The notes: generated from the sequence alone by a model not told the origin. DNA of 64,000 nucleotides from Octopus sinensis (GCF_006345805.1 NC_043009.1:23932001-23996000), one strand, 5' to 3'; shown: positions 49,619 through 63,667, numbered from the stretch's first letter. Program-made: numbers and translations.

Positions 49619-49995
49619 TATGTATGTGTATATATATAATGTATGTATGTATTTTGTATATTGGATATGTCTACCAGGGTTACTCGTAAAAGCTGCTGTG
49701 GAACTTGTTGCTGACTACCGTATATTAATCCCAATATCCCGAGTTAAATATATGGGATTATATATGCGGTACTCCGTGTAGAGTAGGATAAATTATATTA
49801 CTTACGAGTAATACTTAACGGATAGAAATTTTATATTTACATTAATTCATTGCTACCATGGTTTGAATATGCTGAGGTGTCCCATTATAGTACGTGTCAT
49901 GCCAAAACACATGTAGTGAAGCATTAATAAAAATATAAAATCTCCATGTGTGAAGTATTTTCCGCTATCAATATGCGCGTGTGCGTGCGTGTGCG

Positions 49996-50037
<42 letters not shown>

Positions 50038-50349
50038 GTGTGTGTGTGTGTGTGTGTGGGTGTTGTTGTTGTGTATTTGGAGTGATGCATGTTCCGCAAA
50101 ATCTTGCTGAACAAGCTGCACAGATCATTTGTTCATAGTGTACAAATATTCATGCTGTTCATTAGATTACTCCCTCCATTAAATTGACGTTCTCTGTACG
50201 GACGCACCGTGTGCTACAGGCCAGATATCGAAGTCATCACAGAGCAATGTGGAATGAAGCGATGTGCTCAGTAGCATAAAGCATCACCCAGCACGAGAAT
50301 CGAAAGCACGATCTTGCCATCATTTCATAGTCTCTGGGTAATTATTCTT

Positions 50350-50802
50350 TTATTCTTTCACTTGTTTCAGTCATTTGACTGCGGCGACGCTGGACCACCA
50401 CCTTTAGTCGAGCAAATCGACCGCAGAGCTTATACTTTATAAGCCTAGTACTTATTCTATCGGCCCTTTTGCCAAACCGCTAAGTTACGTGGATGTAACA
50501 CACAAGCAGCATAGGTTGTCAAGCGATGTTGGAGGGACAACACAAACACACACACACAAACACACGCACGCACACACACACGCACACACACGCACACACA
50601 CACACATACATACATACATACATACATACATACATACATACATACATACATACATACATACATACATGTACATATACGACGGGATTCTTCCACTTTCCGT
50701 CTACCAAATCCACTCACAAGGCTTTGGTCGGCCCGAGGCTATAGTAGAAGACCCTTGCTCAAGTTGCCACGCAGTGGGACTGAACCCATACAGCCACTCT
50801 TG
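50350..50802 (-). mobile_element. SINE family 1
   Basis: Complete copy with expanded (CATA)n. Confidence 0.8.
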
Positions 50803-51151
50803 CGCCTATAATTAATTGTTAATTAAGAGGCTTATTAAATTTGAGGCTTCAAAGTAAACTGGTCTCATTGTCGAAAGTGTGATGTTTGTAAAGACAATTA
50901 ACATTTGGGCCAAAATAGCGATGACGTGAAATACTGTATATAAATGAACTCCTTGTAAAACGATTCCTGACACGCAAACGTTTAGACAAAAGAATTCTTG
51001 ATTCTTAAGAGGTTGAAGTATGCTTTGTTGATGTAATTATTACTTAAATAGTTTCCTCTTTTATCTAACTAAAAATAAATGTTCCTTTATCTTTTGTTTG
51101 TTTTCAATATCATATAAATGAAATGAATTGTACACGAATCACATTAAACGC

Positions 51152-51159
51152 TATAAATA
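51152..51159 (+). promoter_or_regulatory. TATA box of gene D
   Basis: TATAAATA 122 nt upstream of the ATG; the 5'UTR motif CTCAYTAGCGARCGATC...TCGAATTTTGAG is shared with genes A and B. Confidence 0.55.
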
Positions 51160-51273
51160 TAGAACCGATCGTATTCTTGTTACACATTCGTCTATCATCT
51201 GTAACTGTCAAACTTCTGTCTCACTAGCGAGCGATCCTGTTTCGAATTTTGAGAAGACGAAATCAAAAGTACA

Positions 51274-51364
51274 ATGAATATGATAACTGTAATCTTCTAC
51301 GTAGCTGTAGTGGTATGTCTGGCAAATGGTGCTGCCATACAATTGGAACCAAAGATAAGTAGAG
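51274..51364 (+). CDS. Gene D exon 1, signal peptide (244 aa spliced)
   Basis: MNMITVIFYVAVVVCLANGAAIQLEPKISR, AGAG|gtaagt, phase 1; EPK shared with A and B; joins 56571..56783, 59147..59230 and 60591..60937. Confidence 0.82.
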
Positions 51365-51404
51365 GTAAGTGGTAATCTATTTCTAAACAGTATACGCGCA
51401 CATC

Positions 51405-51695
51405 CATCCATCCATCCATCCATCCATCCATCCAACCATCCATCCGTCCGTCCCTCCGTTCGTCCATCTGTCCGCGTGTCCGTCTTCTGCCCGTCCGTCC
51501 GTCCGTCCATCTGTCCATCTGTCCGTCTGTCTGTCCGTCCGTCCGTCCGTCCGTCCGTCCGTCCGTCCGTCTGTCCTTTCCTCTGTCCGTCTGTCCGTCC
51601 TTCCGTCCGTCCGTCCGTACGTACGTTCGGCCGTCTGTCCGTTCCTTTGTCTGTCCATCTATCCATCCCCCAAAACATACATACATACATACATA
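51405..51695. repeat. (CCAT)/(CCGT)/(CTGT)/(CATA) compound microsatellite
   Basis: Direct inspection. Confidence 0.9.
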
Positions 51696-51849
51696 CAGCT
51701 CCTTTCATAGTAAGCCCCTCTTTTGCTTTACGCTAGGAGCTTTACTGACATTAGCGATAGGAACATAGACGTAATTATGCACGCCAGGAAATCGCTCCTG
51801 TTAAATATAGATCCATCTTCAGTCTAGCAAACTGCCCAAGAAAGCTCTT

Positions 51850-52470
51850 CCAATGTGACGATGGGAACTTTCGACAGCGCGAATATCTACGACCGCATAG
51901 TATTGGATATACTAGACACCTTAACGAAGCTGTACCCATCAATCTTTGGTTTATACAGTGATGATGTTTTAGTCATCACTAGAAGCGCTAACGGGCATAT
52001 TCTTGATAAGCTTATGAAGGACCTAATCCCCAACGTTCGCCCCCTTAGGTTCAATTACAATTGAGAACAACCTTACTATAATTAACTTTTTAAATGTTAT
52101 GTTGTTCTGGGTATCTATTCATACAGGCCCTACCGCAAACCAAACGAAAGGCTGCCATACAGCTTCTTGCCACACACCTATCGTATTTAAGAACCTAGTG
52201 AATGGTGTCAGTAAGTGTATTGCTATCCTGTCCTCAAGTAACTAAATTTACGACGCCGTGGCCCACTACTACAACAAGGCTTTGGCATCCAGAGTATTTA
52301 ATGTCCGCATCTATATGTTTGGCCCTAACCCCCACAAAATGAAGCGCCACTATGAAGTGGTCTGGTTTGCCCGACTCTTCTCATGCAACGTTAAGATTTG
52401 CGTCGGAAGGAAATTCCTCATCTTAGCATACAAACCTTCACATAGTCACATAGAAACGGATTTTTTTTAA
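51850..52470 (+). mobile_element. Degenerate Penelope RT C-terminal remnant
   Basis: MGTFDSA, GLYSDD, NFLNV and YRKPNE motifs with frameshifts. Confidence 0.6.
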
Positions 52471-53129
52471 TAGACACAACTTAGGGGGTTTCTTTCAGTT
52501 GTGCGCCCAGCGTTATAAAAGATATTGATGAGCACCTCTAAACCGTGAACGTGGAGGCTGGATGTTTATGCAGGGTTAACATTAAGTGCCCAGTGGATGT
52601 CGATGCAACTGCGAAGGTATAGTGTCTTAGGCTGTGGTGGTGACCGGCATTGGACACGGCAGCGGAACCGTTGGCAGTAACAACAGCAAGAGTTCGAATA
52701 TCACAACTACCAATAACAACAGCGGCGGGAGACACTCGTAACGACGGTGGTAGTTACATCAGTAACAAGTCAAGCAACAACGGCAGCTACCGCGGCAATA
52801 CCAAGACTGGAACAACTGGGACTGTACCTCAACGGGAGCAAACGATGTAAGCTTTGGTTGGCCTACAGAATTTGAATCCTGAAAACCTTATTAGCTTTCT
52901 TTAAAACTCTCTTAAAAGTGTCCACGAACCGTTCGGCTCTTCCATTCGATCTAGGGTGATACGGTGCTATAAGTTTATGTTCTAACGTGAACATCTCGCA
53001 AAATCTTTTAAACTCACAGAATAAAAACTATGCTCCGTTATCAGAGATAATTATATCTGGTACACCAACAGCTCGTGTAAGAAGTTTATTACCGTATATG
53101 AGATTGGTCGTTTACACCGCGCAACCTCA

Positions 53130-56100
53130 GGCTATTTTGTTTATCTGTCCACTACTATTAAGTAATAATATCCATTTGCCAGGCCTGCAACATCGATATA
53201 CAATCGAGACCATGGTATTTTCACTTCCGGCCAAGGTTCACATTTTGTAGTAGGTAGTCTCGCTACCAGCACATCCTCTGCAGATTTTTACTAAGATTTC
53301 AACTTCCTTCTCCTTGATTGGCCATTCGCATCAGCACTTTTATTCTAGAGATGCCTGGATATCCCACATTAAGCTCTTATAGTATTTTCTCTGTAATGTC
53401 TCTGATATAACCGCTGTCTGGGCGTACATTAGTACACCATCGTATATAGAGTACACGTTCACATCTTGGCGGTTCTTTGCATCAGACCTTTCTTTATTTC
53501 CTTTCGTCGACCACAGTTTTCTTTTTGTCTCATTAATAAATTTGTCATTTCTGCATTTCTTTTTATTTCTTCCAAAGTTACTGCTACTTCACGCACAATA
53601 TTCCACATCACTTCTTTTTTGTTTCTGCTTCCGCTCTTAGCGGTGCTATAACGGTGTTCGCCAGTAGTTCGTTATTTCTCAAAATTACCCTAGAAAGACC
53701 ATCGGCATGTCCTAATATTTTTGAGGGTAGATAATCCATTCTATAATCGTAGTTTAATTCAATGGTACCTTCACCAGTCTGTTTGCTGTATGTGTCAGGA
53801 TTCCTTCCTTGGATCCGCATATCGTTAGTAGAGATCTATGGCCCGTTTGCAACCAAAAACATCAGCCGTGAATGAACCTGTGAAATTTTTTCACGTCAAA
53901 TATAATAGCCAACGACTCATTTTCGATCTGGCTATAGCTCTTTTCTGCCGCCAATGATGATGTCCTTGATGTGTGAGCTATAGCCTTTCTCCTGCCCTCG
54001 TTATCCTTGTGTAGGAGCACAACTCCTATCCCATACTCGCTAGCATCTGTAGTTACTATTATTTTCCTCGTACTGAATTTGAAGGTACAACTCTGAGATG
54101 TCTAACTTCGAAAAAATTTCCCTCGGTTTAGTTTAGCAAAAACTTCTGGGTTTGGAAGTGGGTGATTGTGTGTGAGTAAACAGTCGTTTAATCAGGTTGA
54201 GCAGTCTGCGCCTACTCTTAGCTTATTTCTTTTCTTTTTTACGTACACTGCCGGTGCTGTCCAGGCTGCATCATCAGTATTTTCAATTATATTCAGGCTA
54301 TCCAACCTTTCTAGTTCTTTATTGACCTGATCTACCGCCGTAAGCGGTTGGATTTTCTTTGATAGCAGTCGTTGCTTTTGTTTTTGTTCAACAGCCTTCC
54401 GAAATAACTTTTGGGAAAGTTTCTTTCACTTTGTGTTTCATTTCCTCGACCGCGTTCGATCGTTTGACTGCTCCGTTTACATTATTGCACAAAGCGTTTA
54501 TGGGTGTATCCCATAAATTAAATTACTTCATACATTCGGTGCCAAATAAATTCATGGATTTTTTCAGCACATAAACATTCACTTCTTGGGTTCGACCTTT
54601 GAACATTATATTACAAACGCGTTCACCCTTGAAAAATAATTTTCTTCCCGCAATACCGTACGCTCTTTTCTTTGAATTACATAATTTTGGTTTACCAATT
54701 TGTTCTCATGATTTCTCGTTTTTGAGTGTGATATCACTTCCCGTGTCTAACTGTATTCTGACACTAGTGCGTCCAATTCTCACATTCACGAATTTTCTGT
54801 TTGTTGTCGACACAACTTTTCTTGCTCTCAAACTATTTATTTTTTCTTGTTTGTTCCATTTTCCTATCATTCTCGTTTTGCAGTGCGATTTTATATGTCC
54901 TGTGAATCAGCAGCGTAAACAATTTGCTTTTTTATACGGACAATCTTTTTTCAGATGCATCCCACCATATGCCATACACGGGTCTACATCCTGGCATTTT
55001 TTCTGCTTTTCCTTTATTTATCTTCCGACTTTTTTGCACTGGTCTTATGTAGATATTCTGTTTCCGTTGAATTTCTTCCGTGTCATACCTTAATTTTAAC
55101 ACCCCGTCACACTCTTCCGACAGCTTCTGCAATATCAAATCCTGGTTCATTTCCAGTTTTGATAGAATTTTCGTTCGGATTTCTGCATCCTTTCAATCTG
55201 TCAATACTTGTACAAAAATCGAACACTTGAAAAAATCTTGAGTAAGCATATCCAGCCTAAATCTACCTGTGTAAGTAGTGAAGTCTCCATTTTCGCTGTT
55301 CTCTATTTTAAATATTTTCATCTAGTATTCACCAGTGAACTCTTTTCACTAAACGTTTTGCGCAAATGTCAAGTGTGTCGGTGAAATTTTTAACAGACGC
55401 ATTTTTTTTGGCAATATGAAGTTACTATACTTCTCCTGCTCTGCTGTCCCTAGCTTTCTTAAAACTAGACACGTTTTCGTATCGTCCGTCCAATCCTGAC
55501 ATTCTTTTTCAATGATTTTTGAAATGTTAGAAAGTAAACCTCGAAGGTTACTCCTTCTTCGGGGGTCATATTTGAATTCGCTTACGGATTTTGCCACATG
55601 ACCAAGTGAAGATGTATTCTCCGGATTAGTTATCAACTTCATCAGTTGTAACATTTGTTGTTGCAATACTTGTTGTTCTCGTTGTTCCTTGAGTTGTTGT
55701 TGCTGTTTTTACACTTTAACCATCCCAGCTAACAAGTCTTCCATATTTTGACGATTTCCCTATGTTTGCACAAGATGTTTTCCACGTGAATTAGTTTAAA
55801 CTCTCCGTGTGAATGCCTTTTTTCACTCCGCGTGAATTTGTTTTTCTTCGTCACCGCTATTGTAAAGCGGTCTCTTTCCACTGCTGTATCTGTCTTTTGA
55901 CGACTGTTGCCACACTGACAGATATTGTTATATTCCGAAGACGTCGATAGAATGGTTTTATCTAGCACCGTACGACCCCTAGTCGTACAGTGATACTATC
56001 CTGAAAAGGATAGAGCGTTGTAACGTATCTCAGCATGATTACTATATCAGCACAGATCGACTATCAGCACATTGTACACGTACTCTCGACCTTCTGACCA

Positions 56101-56169
56101 TCACGTATCGACCAGCTAATGGTTGGTTACTACCACTATTTACCGAGGGTGTGTACAATTTCCTTATAC
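53130..56169 (-). mobile_element. Degenerate Ty3/Gypsy LTR retrotransposon (gag, protease, RNase H remnants; probable 5' LTR about 55926..56169)
   Basis: F.YDP...KTCLVLRKLG..E..KY (gag), QLDTGSDIT (protease), TDASEYGIGVVL and YSQIENESLAIIF (RNase H), GHADGLSR; RT largely missing. Confidence 0.75.
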
Positions 56170-56570
56170 AACTATATATATATAGTAGTAACAATAAAGA
56201 GGAATTGCGATTATCTCCACGTGGTGAGTAGTAATGTATATAAGAAATTAAAAAAGGAAAATACGCACATTTATATAGTTTTAATATGATTTTTAATATA
56301 TCGACCGGTTTCTATTTATATATTCATGTATATATATATATGAATATGTATATGTATAAATATGCGTGCATGTTTATGTGCAAACACAAATATAGATACA
56401 TTATACAAGCATACACCCTACTCCACATGTGTATACACTTGTCTCTTTACTCGATAAAATGCCCTCACACATATATGAATGTATGAGTCTATCGCAATAC
56501 GCATGCTTCCATCACATGATATATCACCATACTTGAATAGTTAATTCTCTTTTCTATATTAAATTTACAG

Positions 56571-56783
56571 GTGCTAGTACTTATGAAAGAGTTCTTGTAG
56601 AGAAACTGATGGAACAGCTTCTGGTTGATCGAATGCTCGAGAATAATGACATCGAACCTCAGAATGAAATACTGGTTAATGAAGTTGCTGAAAATCGTGA
56701 GTTGGAAGATCTTAAAGTTATGAAATGTTCTTGGAATCAGAATATAGGGGAATGCTGTTCTGGTCTGTTTAGCCTCCCTAAGT
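56571..56783 (+). CDS. Gene D exon 2
   Basis: ttacag|GT...AAGT|gtaagt, 213 nt; 57 of 70 complete codons encode the same residue as gene A exon 2. Confidence 0.88.
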
Positions 56784-57396
56784 GTAAGTATTCTTCGTTT
56801 ATTTTCCCCTTGTTGATTTATTGAAATACCTAAATTAAGTGTGAATTTGAACGATAATGTATAACTGTTTGCTAACGTAAGTCTCCAGAGACAGAATGTC
56901 TAAAATCTCACAGCGTCGGACACAATGCCTCGTGATGTTTGTTTCCTCCTCTCTGGGTTCTGAGTTCAAAATTCCACCCAAGTTCAAATTTGCATGTAGT
57001 CATTTCATGGTCGATAAAATATAACCAGTCCACCAGTCCACGCTGGTCTATTGATGGAACAGAAAATATATCATAACGGATACCTAATGTTATATGTTCC
57101 ATTCCTCTGCGTTCTGAGTTCAACTCTGACTGTAGCCTAATTGTAGCCCACATAATGAATACAGGATTCAAACGTGAACTACTTCACGTTGCGAATAGTG
57201 CAATAATTGGGTGAGCAGTATGGCAAAAATGCGCAATTCGTCGCTTGTTCAGATTCAAAGTCAGGTAGTTCACGCGAACTCCTTTAGTCATTAAAAATAT
57301 ATCTACGTTTCTCTGTCTCTCTGTCTCTGTCTCTCTCTGTCTCTCACTGTATATATATATAAGGTATATATGTATATACATACACATATATATATA

Positions 57397-57510
<114 letters not shown>

Positions 57511-58089
57511 CATAGATTTCGTGTACCAAAATTTCCACGGTATCAAAATTTTCGGCTCGAGTCAAATACAACAAACTACTTCAAACCTTGCTAGCGTATC
57601 GGTGTGTGTAAAGTCAGGAGAAGTCAGGTTAGTACTGACATGCAATCATATAACATGTAATCATGAAGTGTAACCTAATAATGATATTCTTAAAGCATTT
57701 GATACGTACATTTGAGATCTACCTATTATATAATAGGTAATACATTACCTTACGTAAAATAGTTTCAAATATATTAAGTGAAGAGGTTATTGCGTAAGGT
57801 GAAGCATTTCCTATGATTTATTATACAAATGTGAAACAACGTGCGTATAAATTGCTTTCAAAATATCTTTACTTGGTTTAGCTTCAATGGGTAAATGGTA
57901 AAGAGTAAAGATCCCCTTCCGTCATGAATAACCATGGGATTACACCTAGAAAGTTCTCCACCGGGCAAATTTGTGTATGGGAGACCAGTGAACGCCAATG
58001 CAAACTCGTCTTCCCTCTCCATCCACCTACGTTATCCGAGGGAAAAGCAAACGCTGATACAACTTGGTACCAGTGACGTCATGACTCAT

Positions 58090-58620
58090 CTCTACAGCTG
58101 AGTGAACTGGAGTAACGTGAAATAAAGTGATTCCAATCTGTTGTATACATTCAGGCCAGATGTCCCATTTGAGAAAACCATTTTCCTATTATATGGGAAA
58201 GTGGTTTTCTCAATGCCCGAACACTGAACGGGTGCATGCAGAACGGTTTCGTCGCGCTGCTGCACCTTGGACAAACCCGCCTGACAGTATATCTGTGCCT
58301 GTAGAGTTTATTTCGAACCGGTAGCCACTCACCCTCCGGTAGCAATACCAGGCCAAAGACACCTGAAAATTATCCATAGAAGTCCCCGACTGGAAAGTAC
58401 TCCAGAATAGACTTGCCAGTTCGTCTTCGTCGACGTCTATGGTCACCACGAGGACGTTGGCGCACTTCGCCGCTATTAATCCACGGTAACTAGCTAAAGA
58501 ACAACCACCGATCCTTTTGCCCGATTTGCAGAGAACAGTGAGCGCCTGACGACATTCTAGGTGCCAGGCGCCCGGTCTCGGTCTATCCTTTACCCAGGAG
58601 TACATCCCGGTCAAGGACAC
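58090..58620 (-). mobile_element. Degenerate L1/Tx1 ORF2 zf-RVT fragment related to LINE 1 and LINE 2
   Basis: ECRQAL, DNFQVSLAWYCYR, LPVRNKL.RH and CPRC...DETVLHA. Confidence 0.7.
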
Positions 58621-58789
58621 GAGCTGCGGAAATGTGTGTCTACATTTCTGCAGCTACACACATTCACCTTCTAGACATCGTTGCAGGTGGCGCAACCTGA
58701 GTGCGTTTCTGCGCATCATCAAGAGTCATAGTGTGCCTAATAAATAACTAAAAGGTACAAATAACACTAAATGATGAAATTACTTGAAT

Positions 58790-59050
58790 CTGGGCATTGT
58801 TACTATTAACCGTCATCCCAATTGTTGTGGGTGTATTTGGAGCAGTAACAACCATGTTTGGGAGGTTTGTTGGAGAATTTGGTATTGACATGAGGATAGA
58901 ACATGCTCCTAAAACAACTGTTTGGGACAATGAGAATTTTGAGATTAGTACTTGAATGTTTAGTATCGTGAAAAGAGACACTGTGACAACAGGTTGTTGC
59001 CAGCTCTAACAAAATTACCCGAAGCAACTGAAATTAAGACCTCTGAGAAG
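58790..59050 (+). mobile_element. Old R4/RLE-type LINE 3' remnant
   Basis: VIPIVVGVFGAV...IEHAPKTTVLG; homologous to 6795..7010. Confidence 0.55.
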
Positions 59051-59146
59051 TGAAATAGCATCGGTAATATTTATCTCAGATGTAATAAATAAATAAATAA
59101 ACAAATAAATTAATAAGTAAAGGGAATAATTATTTTCTTTTTTCAG

Positions 59147-59230
59147 TTTGTATTCGAATGGGAATTTTCGACGACGAAATGCAATTCTCCTTAAGAGTAG
59201 GTAGTGCTGAGATTCTGAAGAAAACTTACC
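59147..59230 (+). CDS. Gene D exon 3
   Basis: tttcag|TT...TACC|gtgagt, 84 nt; FCIRMGIFDDEMQFSLRVGSAEILKKTY. Confidence 0.85.
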
Positions 59231-59514
59231 GTGAGTATGTTACCTGTATTTATAGCATACATACATACATACGTACATACATACATACATACATACATAC
59301 ATACATACACACTAAAATACATGCATGCATACATACATGTTAGTAAATGCATAACGAAGAATCTAGATACATATATGTATACACACAAACACACACACAC
59401 ACATATATATACGTACATACATATATATATGTATATATATATATATATATGTATACACACACAAACACACACACACACACATATACATACGTACGTACAT
59501 ACATACATATATGT

Positions 59515-60520
59515 ATGGTTCGCGGAACACCTTCGTGACATCCACCTTGCGAACGACACACCGGTCTCACGCCATTTCCGCTCCACCGGTCACTCCTTGC
59601 AACACCTGTCTGTGTTTGGTTTGTCCTTACACAGAGGCCATCCGGATTTCCGTTTGCGCCGTGAACAGGAATTAATCTTCTCTCTTCGCTCTTATACGCC
59701 ATTGGTCTCAACTCTCCCTCCTCATCTAACCCCCCTCTCCCCCCTCCTCACCTACTTTTCCCCCCCGACCCCTACTTCTCTCAGTCCTTCATCCTTTCAC
59801 CCCTACTCCCCTTCCCTTCTTCCCTCTTTCTCTCTCCTCCTTCCCTCTTCCCCTTCCCTCTGCTCCTTCCCCTCCCCTTCTCCCCCCTTCTCCCCCTCTC
59901 CATCTCTCCCCCTATCCATCTCTCCCCCTCCCTCTTTCCTTCTTCCTCCTCCCCTCCTCCCCTCCTCCCCTCCCTCCTTCCCCTCCCCCACATATCCCCC
60001 CTTCTCCCCCCTCTTCTCCCCCTCCCTCTCTTCTCCTCTCTCCACACTACACAACCCGACTTTACACATCACATCACATATGATGTGCCATACTAATACA
60101 CACACCAACTAATACATACTAATACATACTAATACATACACCAACCCTATACATACACACGTCCAGACCTCTCATACGCACTAATACTCTCTCATACACA
60201 CACACACACACACCCTTATGTTGGAGTAGGTCATTCAACCCTATTATCTCCCCTAATTTCGCTCTTGCGTCTCATGTTTGATCTTTGACTTCTGGCCGAA
60301 ATCAGATCGCCATGTTGATTCGTTAGTTACTGCACGCATTTTTTTCTCTCCTTCTTTCTGTGTTTTTTTTTCTCTGTGTATCTTTCTGTTGAAGAGCGTA
60401 GGCTCGAAACGTTAAAGACTTGTTTTATTTATATTTCCTGAGCGCCATACTAATACAATTGTTTGTTTGTTTTCCACCTGCCTTCGTCTTTTGTCTATGT
60501 TCATAAAGCTTCCCGTTATA
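59515..60520 (+). mobile_element. 5'-truncated Penelope (Neptune-like) element: GIY-YIG tail, pyrimidine-rich 3'UTR and pLTR
   Basis: FAEHLRDI...PVSRHF...GHS...RREQELIF.L; CT-rich tract 59700..60050; hammerhead-like motif 60381..60418. Confidence 0.75.
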
Positions 60521-60590
60521 TATATATATATATATATATATATCAGTATTTGCAGCAGTTTCTCTGTTATTGCATTTTTTTTATTTACAG

Positions 60591-60937
60591 GAGGAGCAAT
60601 TACCAAAACTTTCAGTTTTGATGTTGGAATTGCTAAAATCTCATTTACATTGGCAGTGGAGAATTTAAGCACCCAAAATTTTAAAGCGTGCTTCCGTATA
60701 AACTACAATGTTATATTTTTCCGTTTCTCAAATAATCTCGGCTGTATCAACAAACATTTTCTGCCCAATGAAATGAGCCCGCTCAAAAGTATAGAAGATT
60801 GGGATACAAATGATAAAATTTCTTTTGGTACACAAGATTTTGAAGTTGACGAGCCTAACAGAGTTGAGTCCCCTGGCGAAAAAACGGAAATGAAAATTCG
60901 CAAAATTGGCCGAGAGAATCCGAGAAGAGGAGAGTGA
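60591..60937 (+). CDS. Gene D exon 4 (terminal)
   Basis: ttacag|GA; GAITKTFSFDVGIAKISFTLAVENLSTQNFKACFRINYNVIFFRFSNNLGCINKHF...KIRKIGRENPRRGE*. Confidence 0.85.
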
Positions 60938-61192
60938 AATGAAAGACTGTAGTTACGTTCGTTCGTATACGGTTTGAAATAAAAATATGAAAAGCTTAAT
61001 ATGAAATAATAATAAAATCATCATCTAGATATCTAACAGTAAATACTGTTAACACATATAAAAAAAAACATATAAATTTAGCTAATGATATCTGTGACTT
61101 TTTGGAAACTAATTTGTCTGCAATAAATATTTCATTAATTTATTTTCTCTCGTGTTGTTTCCGGCTTAATTTTCATTTCATTCTATAATATA

Positions 61193-61548
61193 GTAGCAGT
61201 ATCGCCCGGCGTTGCTCGGGTTTGTAAGGGAAATAACTATAAAGCATTTTTAGAGAGTTATAGCCAAAAATTAGCAAAAAATGCTTTAAAAATGGAAAAA
61301 AAATTATGGTAAATATTTTTTAAAATCGTTGACTCATCGTAGACATTTTTAGAGAGTTACTTCCCTTATATTTAAAAAATATGCATTAAAATGGAAAAAA
61401 ATTATGGTAAATTATTTTTAAAATCGTAGACTCATCGTAGACGCGCGCTAATACCCAGAAGGACTCGATATGAATCACGACTATAAGATACCCGGTTTTG
61501 GTTAAACTGCACCGCAAAATGTGGGAGTAGTTAGGAATCTAAATCGGA
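61193..61548 (+). mobile_element. Non-autonomous Helitron/HINE-like repeat
   Basis: Starts TAGCAGTATCGCCCGGCGTTGCTCGGG (subterminal palindrome typical of DINE/HINE elements); internal duplication. Confidence 0.45.
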
Positions 61549-62283
61549 GTAAGTATTGTTTAAGGCGTTGTTCCAGCATGGCCACAGTCCAGTAATGAAA
61601 GCTTTAGCAACTTGCAATTACTATATATATTTTAAGAGAGACACAATCGCTGACCTCGTATACAGAAAAATTTGCAAGTGGATAAAGCTTTCGTCACTGG
61701 CTGGTGATTGTCTCACGCGGATGACGAGTTACTGCTGAGAAATCTGGGTTTGTTAGTATCACATAAGGCTAGAGATGAGAGCGAGGATTTCCCTTGCAAA
61801 TGCTATAAGAACACAGACTGTGTGTCGATGGCCAGCCAGCTGGAAAAGATGTTTTCTGGGGCTAGAACAACAGTAACATCGTACACTGTCTTTGTCAGTC
61901 ACAATGCTTATGTCTAATGTGACGTTGAAGTCCCGCCAACGATTTGCAAAGAAGGCCACACATGTTGCAAGTCTGAGGATTACAGGTCAGTGCAGGTTGT
62001 ATGTTTGTGGTCGCTTTCTCCTTTGTAGAGGAATTGAAAGATTTGGGAAAGAAAGGAAGAAAATCAAGGGTCAAGGAGAAAGGTACAAAAGAGATAAATT
62101 AGAAGGAAATTAAAGAAAGGGAGGGCCAAGAAATGTGAGAAGGGGACCGAAGAAAAGAAAACAGGCAAGAAGTAAGAAAGTGCGAGGGAGACTAAAAGAC
62201 AGTAAAAGAATCGTACAAAATTTAGATTCATACTTATAAGCAGACACATATAGCGGCGTACGTACACTTTGCTCACCTTTTAA

Positions 62284-62840
62284 GTATGCATGTATGTATG
62301 TATGTATGTATGTATGTATGTATGTATGTATGTATGTATGTATGTATGTATGTATGTATGTATGTATGTATGCATGTATGTATGTATGTATGCATGTATG
62401 TATGTACGTACGTACGTATGTATGTATGTATGTATGTATGCATGCATGCATGTATGTATGTATGTATGCATGTATGTATGTATGTATGTATGTATGTATG
62501 TATGTATGTATGCATGCATGCATGCATGCATGTATGTATGTATGCATGTATGTATGTATGCATGCATGCATGCATGCATGTATGTATGCATGTATGCATG
62601 CATGCATGCATGTATGTATGTATGTATGTATGTATGCATGTATGCGTGCATGTATGCATGTATGTATGCATGCATGCATGTATGTATGTATGTATGCATG
62701 TATGTATGTATGCGTGCATGTATGCATGTATGTATGTATGTATGTATGCATGTATGTATGTATGTATGTATGTGTGTATGCATGCATGCATGTATGTATG
62801 TATGCGTGTATGTGTGTATTTGTGTATGTATGTATGTATC
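62284..62840. repeat. (ATGT)/(ATGC) tetranucleotide array of about 550 bp
   Basis: Direct inspection; explains the overlapping spurious ORFs. Confidence 0.95.
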
Positions 62841-63618
62841 TACCCATCAGAATATATATACTTATTACTTATTATATATTGATTAATCATTTTAATACTA
62901 TTTGTGATCTAGTTATGTTTTATAAAAATATATTTTATTTTTTCTTTATGATTTGGTTTATGTCTGTCATTGTTTGAATTGCATAATAGTAGTTTTTTCT
63001 CTAATTTATATATTATATATTTATATTTGGAAATTGATTTAATACTAAATTGAATTTTTCCCTGTAAGTTTTGAGTCAACAAACAAAGTTTGATTTAGAA
63101 GCGTTGAGATTTATTGAAAGATACAGATGAGGAAACAATTTTATTCTCAAACGCCGTAAAATCTGGCCGCCGACGGATTTTCCTGCAAAATATGGATAGT
63201 TTATCCTGTTCATCGAATGGAACATCGTCAACAGGGCGCCATCCTATTCTCCGGCGCCCATAATTGCCAGTTCTGCTTCCGACAAAGTCTGCACATCTAT
63301 CAACAGGCAAAACGAATTGTTCTGTTGCTGTCATGAGAGGTGTGCCTTCCTGGTGTTCTTCAAACAACTGGCTGCCGATAACCTGGATGTACGTCCTTCA
63401 CTCCAGTTGCGACACTGACGCCTTTCTTGACAAGCCTGCTATGTTACTGCGACGTAAACACTCCAGCAGGGGTTATCAAACGATGGTGTGTGTATGTGGG
63501 TGGGTAACACAAATACATATATATCCACACGTACATATATATATATATATATTATAATATGTGTGTGTGGTGTGTGTGTGTGTCTGTGTGTCTGTGTGCG
63601 TGTATATATATATATATA

Positions 63619-63650
<32 letters not shown>

Positions 63651-63667
63651 GTCTATGTATGTATGTA

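Noticed and set aside
62110-62977. Long ORFs of 160-245 aa (YIHT/MYVC repeats), and many similar YI/HT/CV ORFs throughout the window
   Set aside because: They are translations of (ATGT)n, (TA)n and (CA)n microsatellites, open in several frames with no coding signal.
63070-63470. 90-aa minus-strand ORF as an exon or transposase
   Set aside because: No recognisable motif or convincing splice sites. It adjoins a pLTR-like segment (62950..63070, similar to 10940..11075), so it is probably repeat-derived but unclassifiable by eye.
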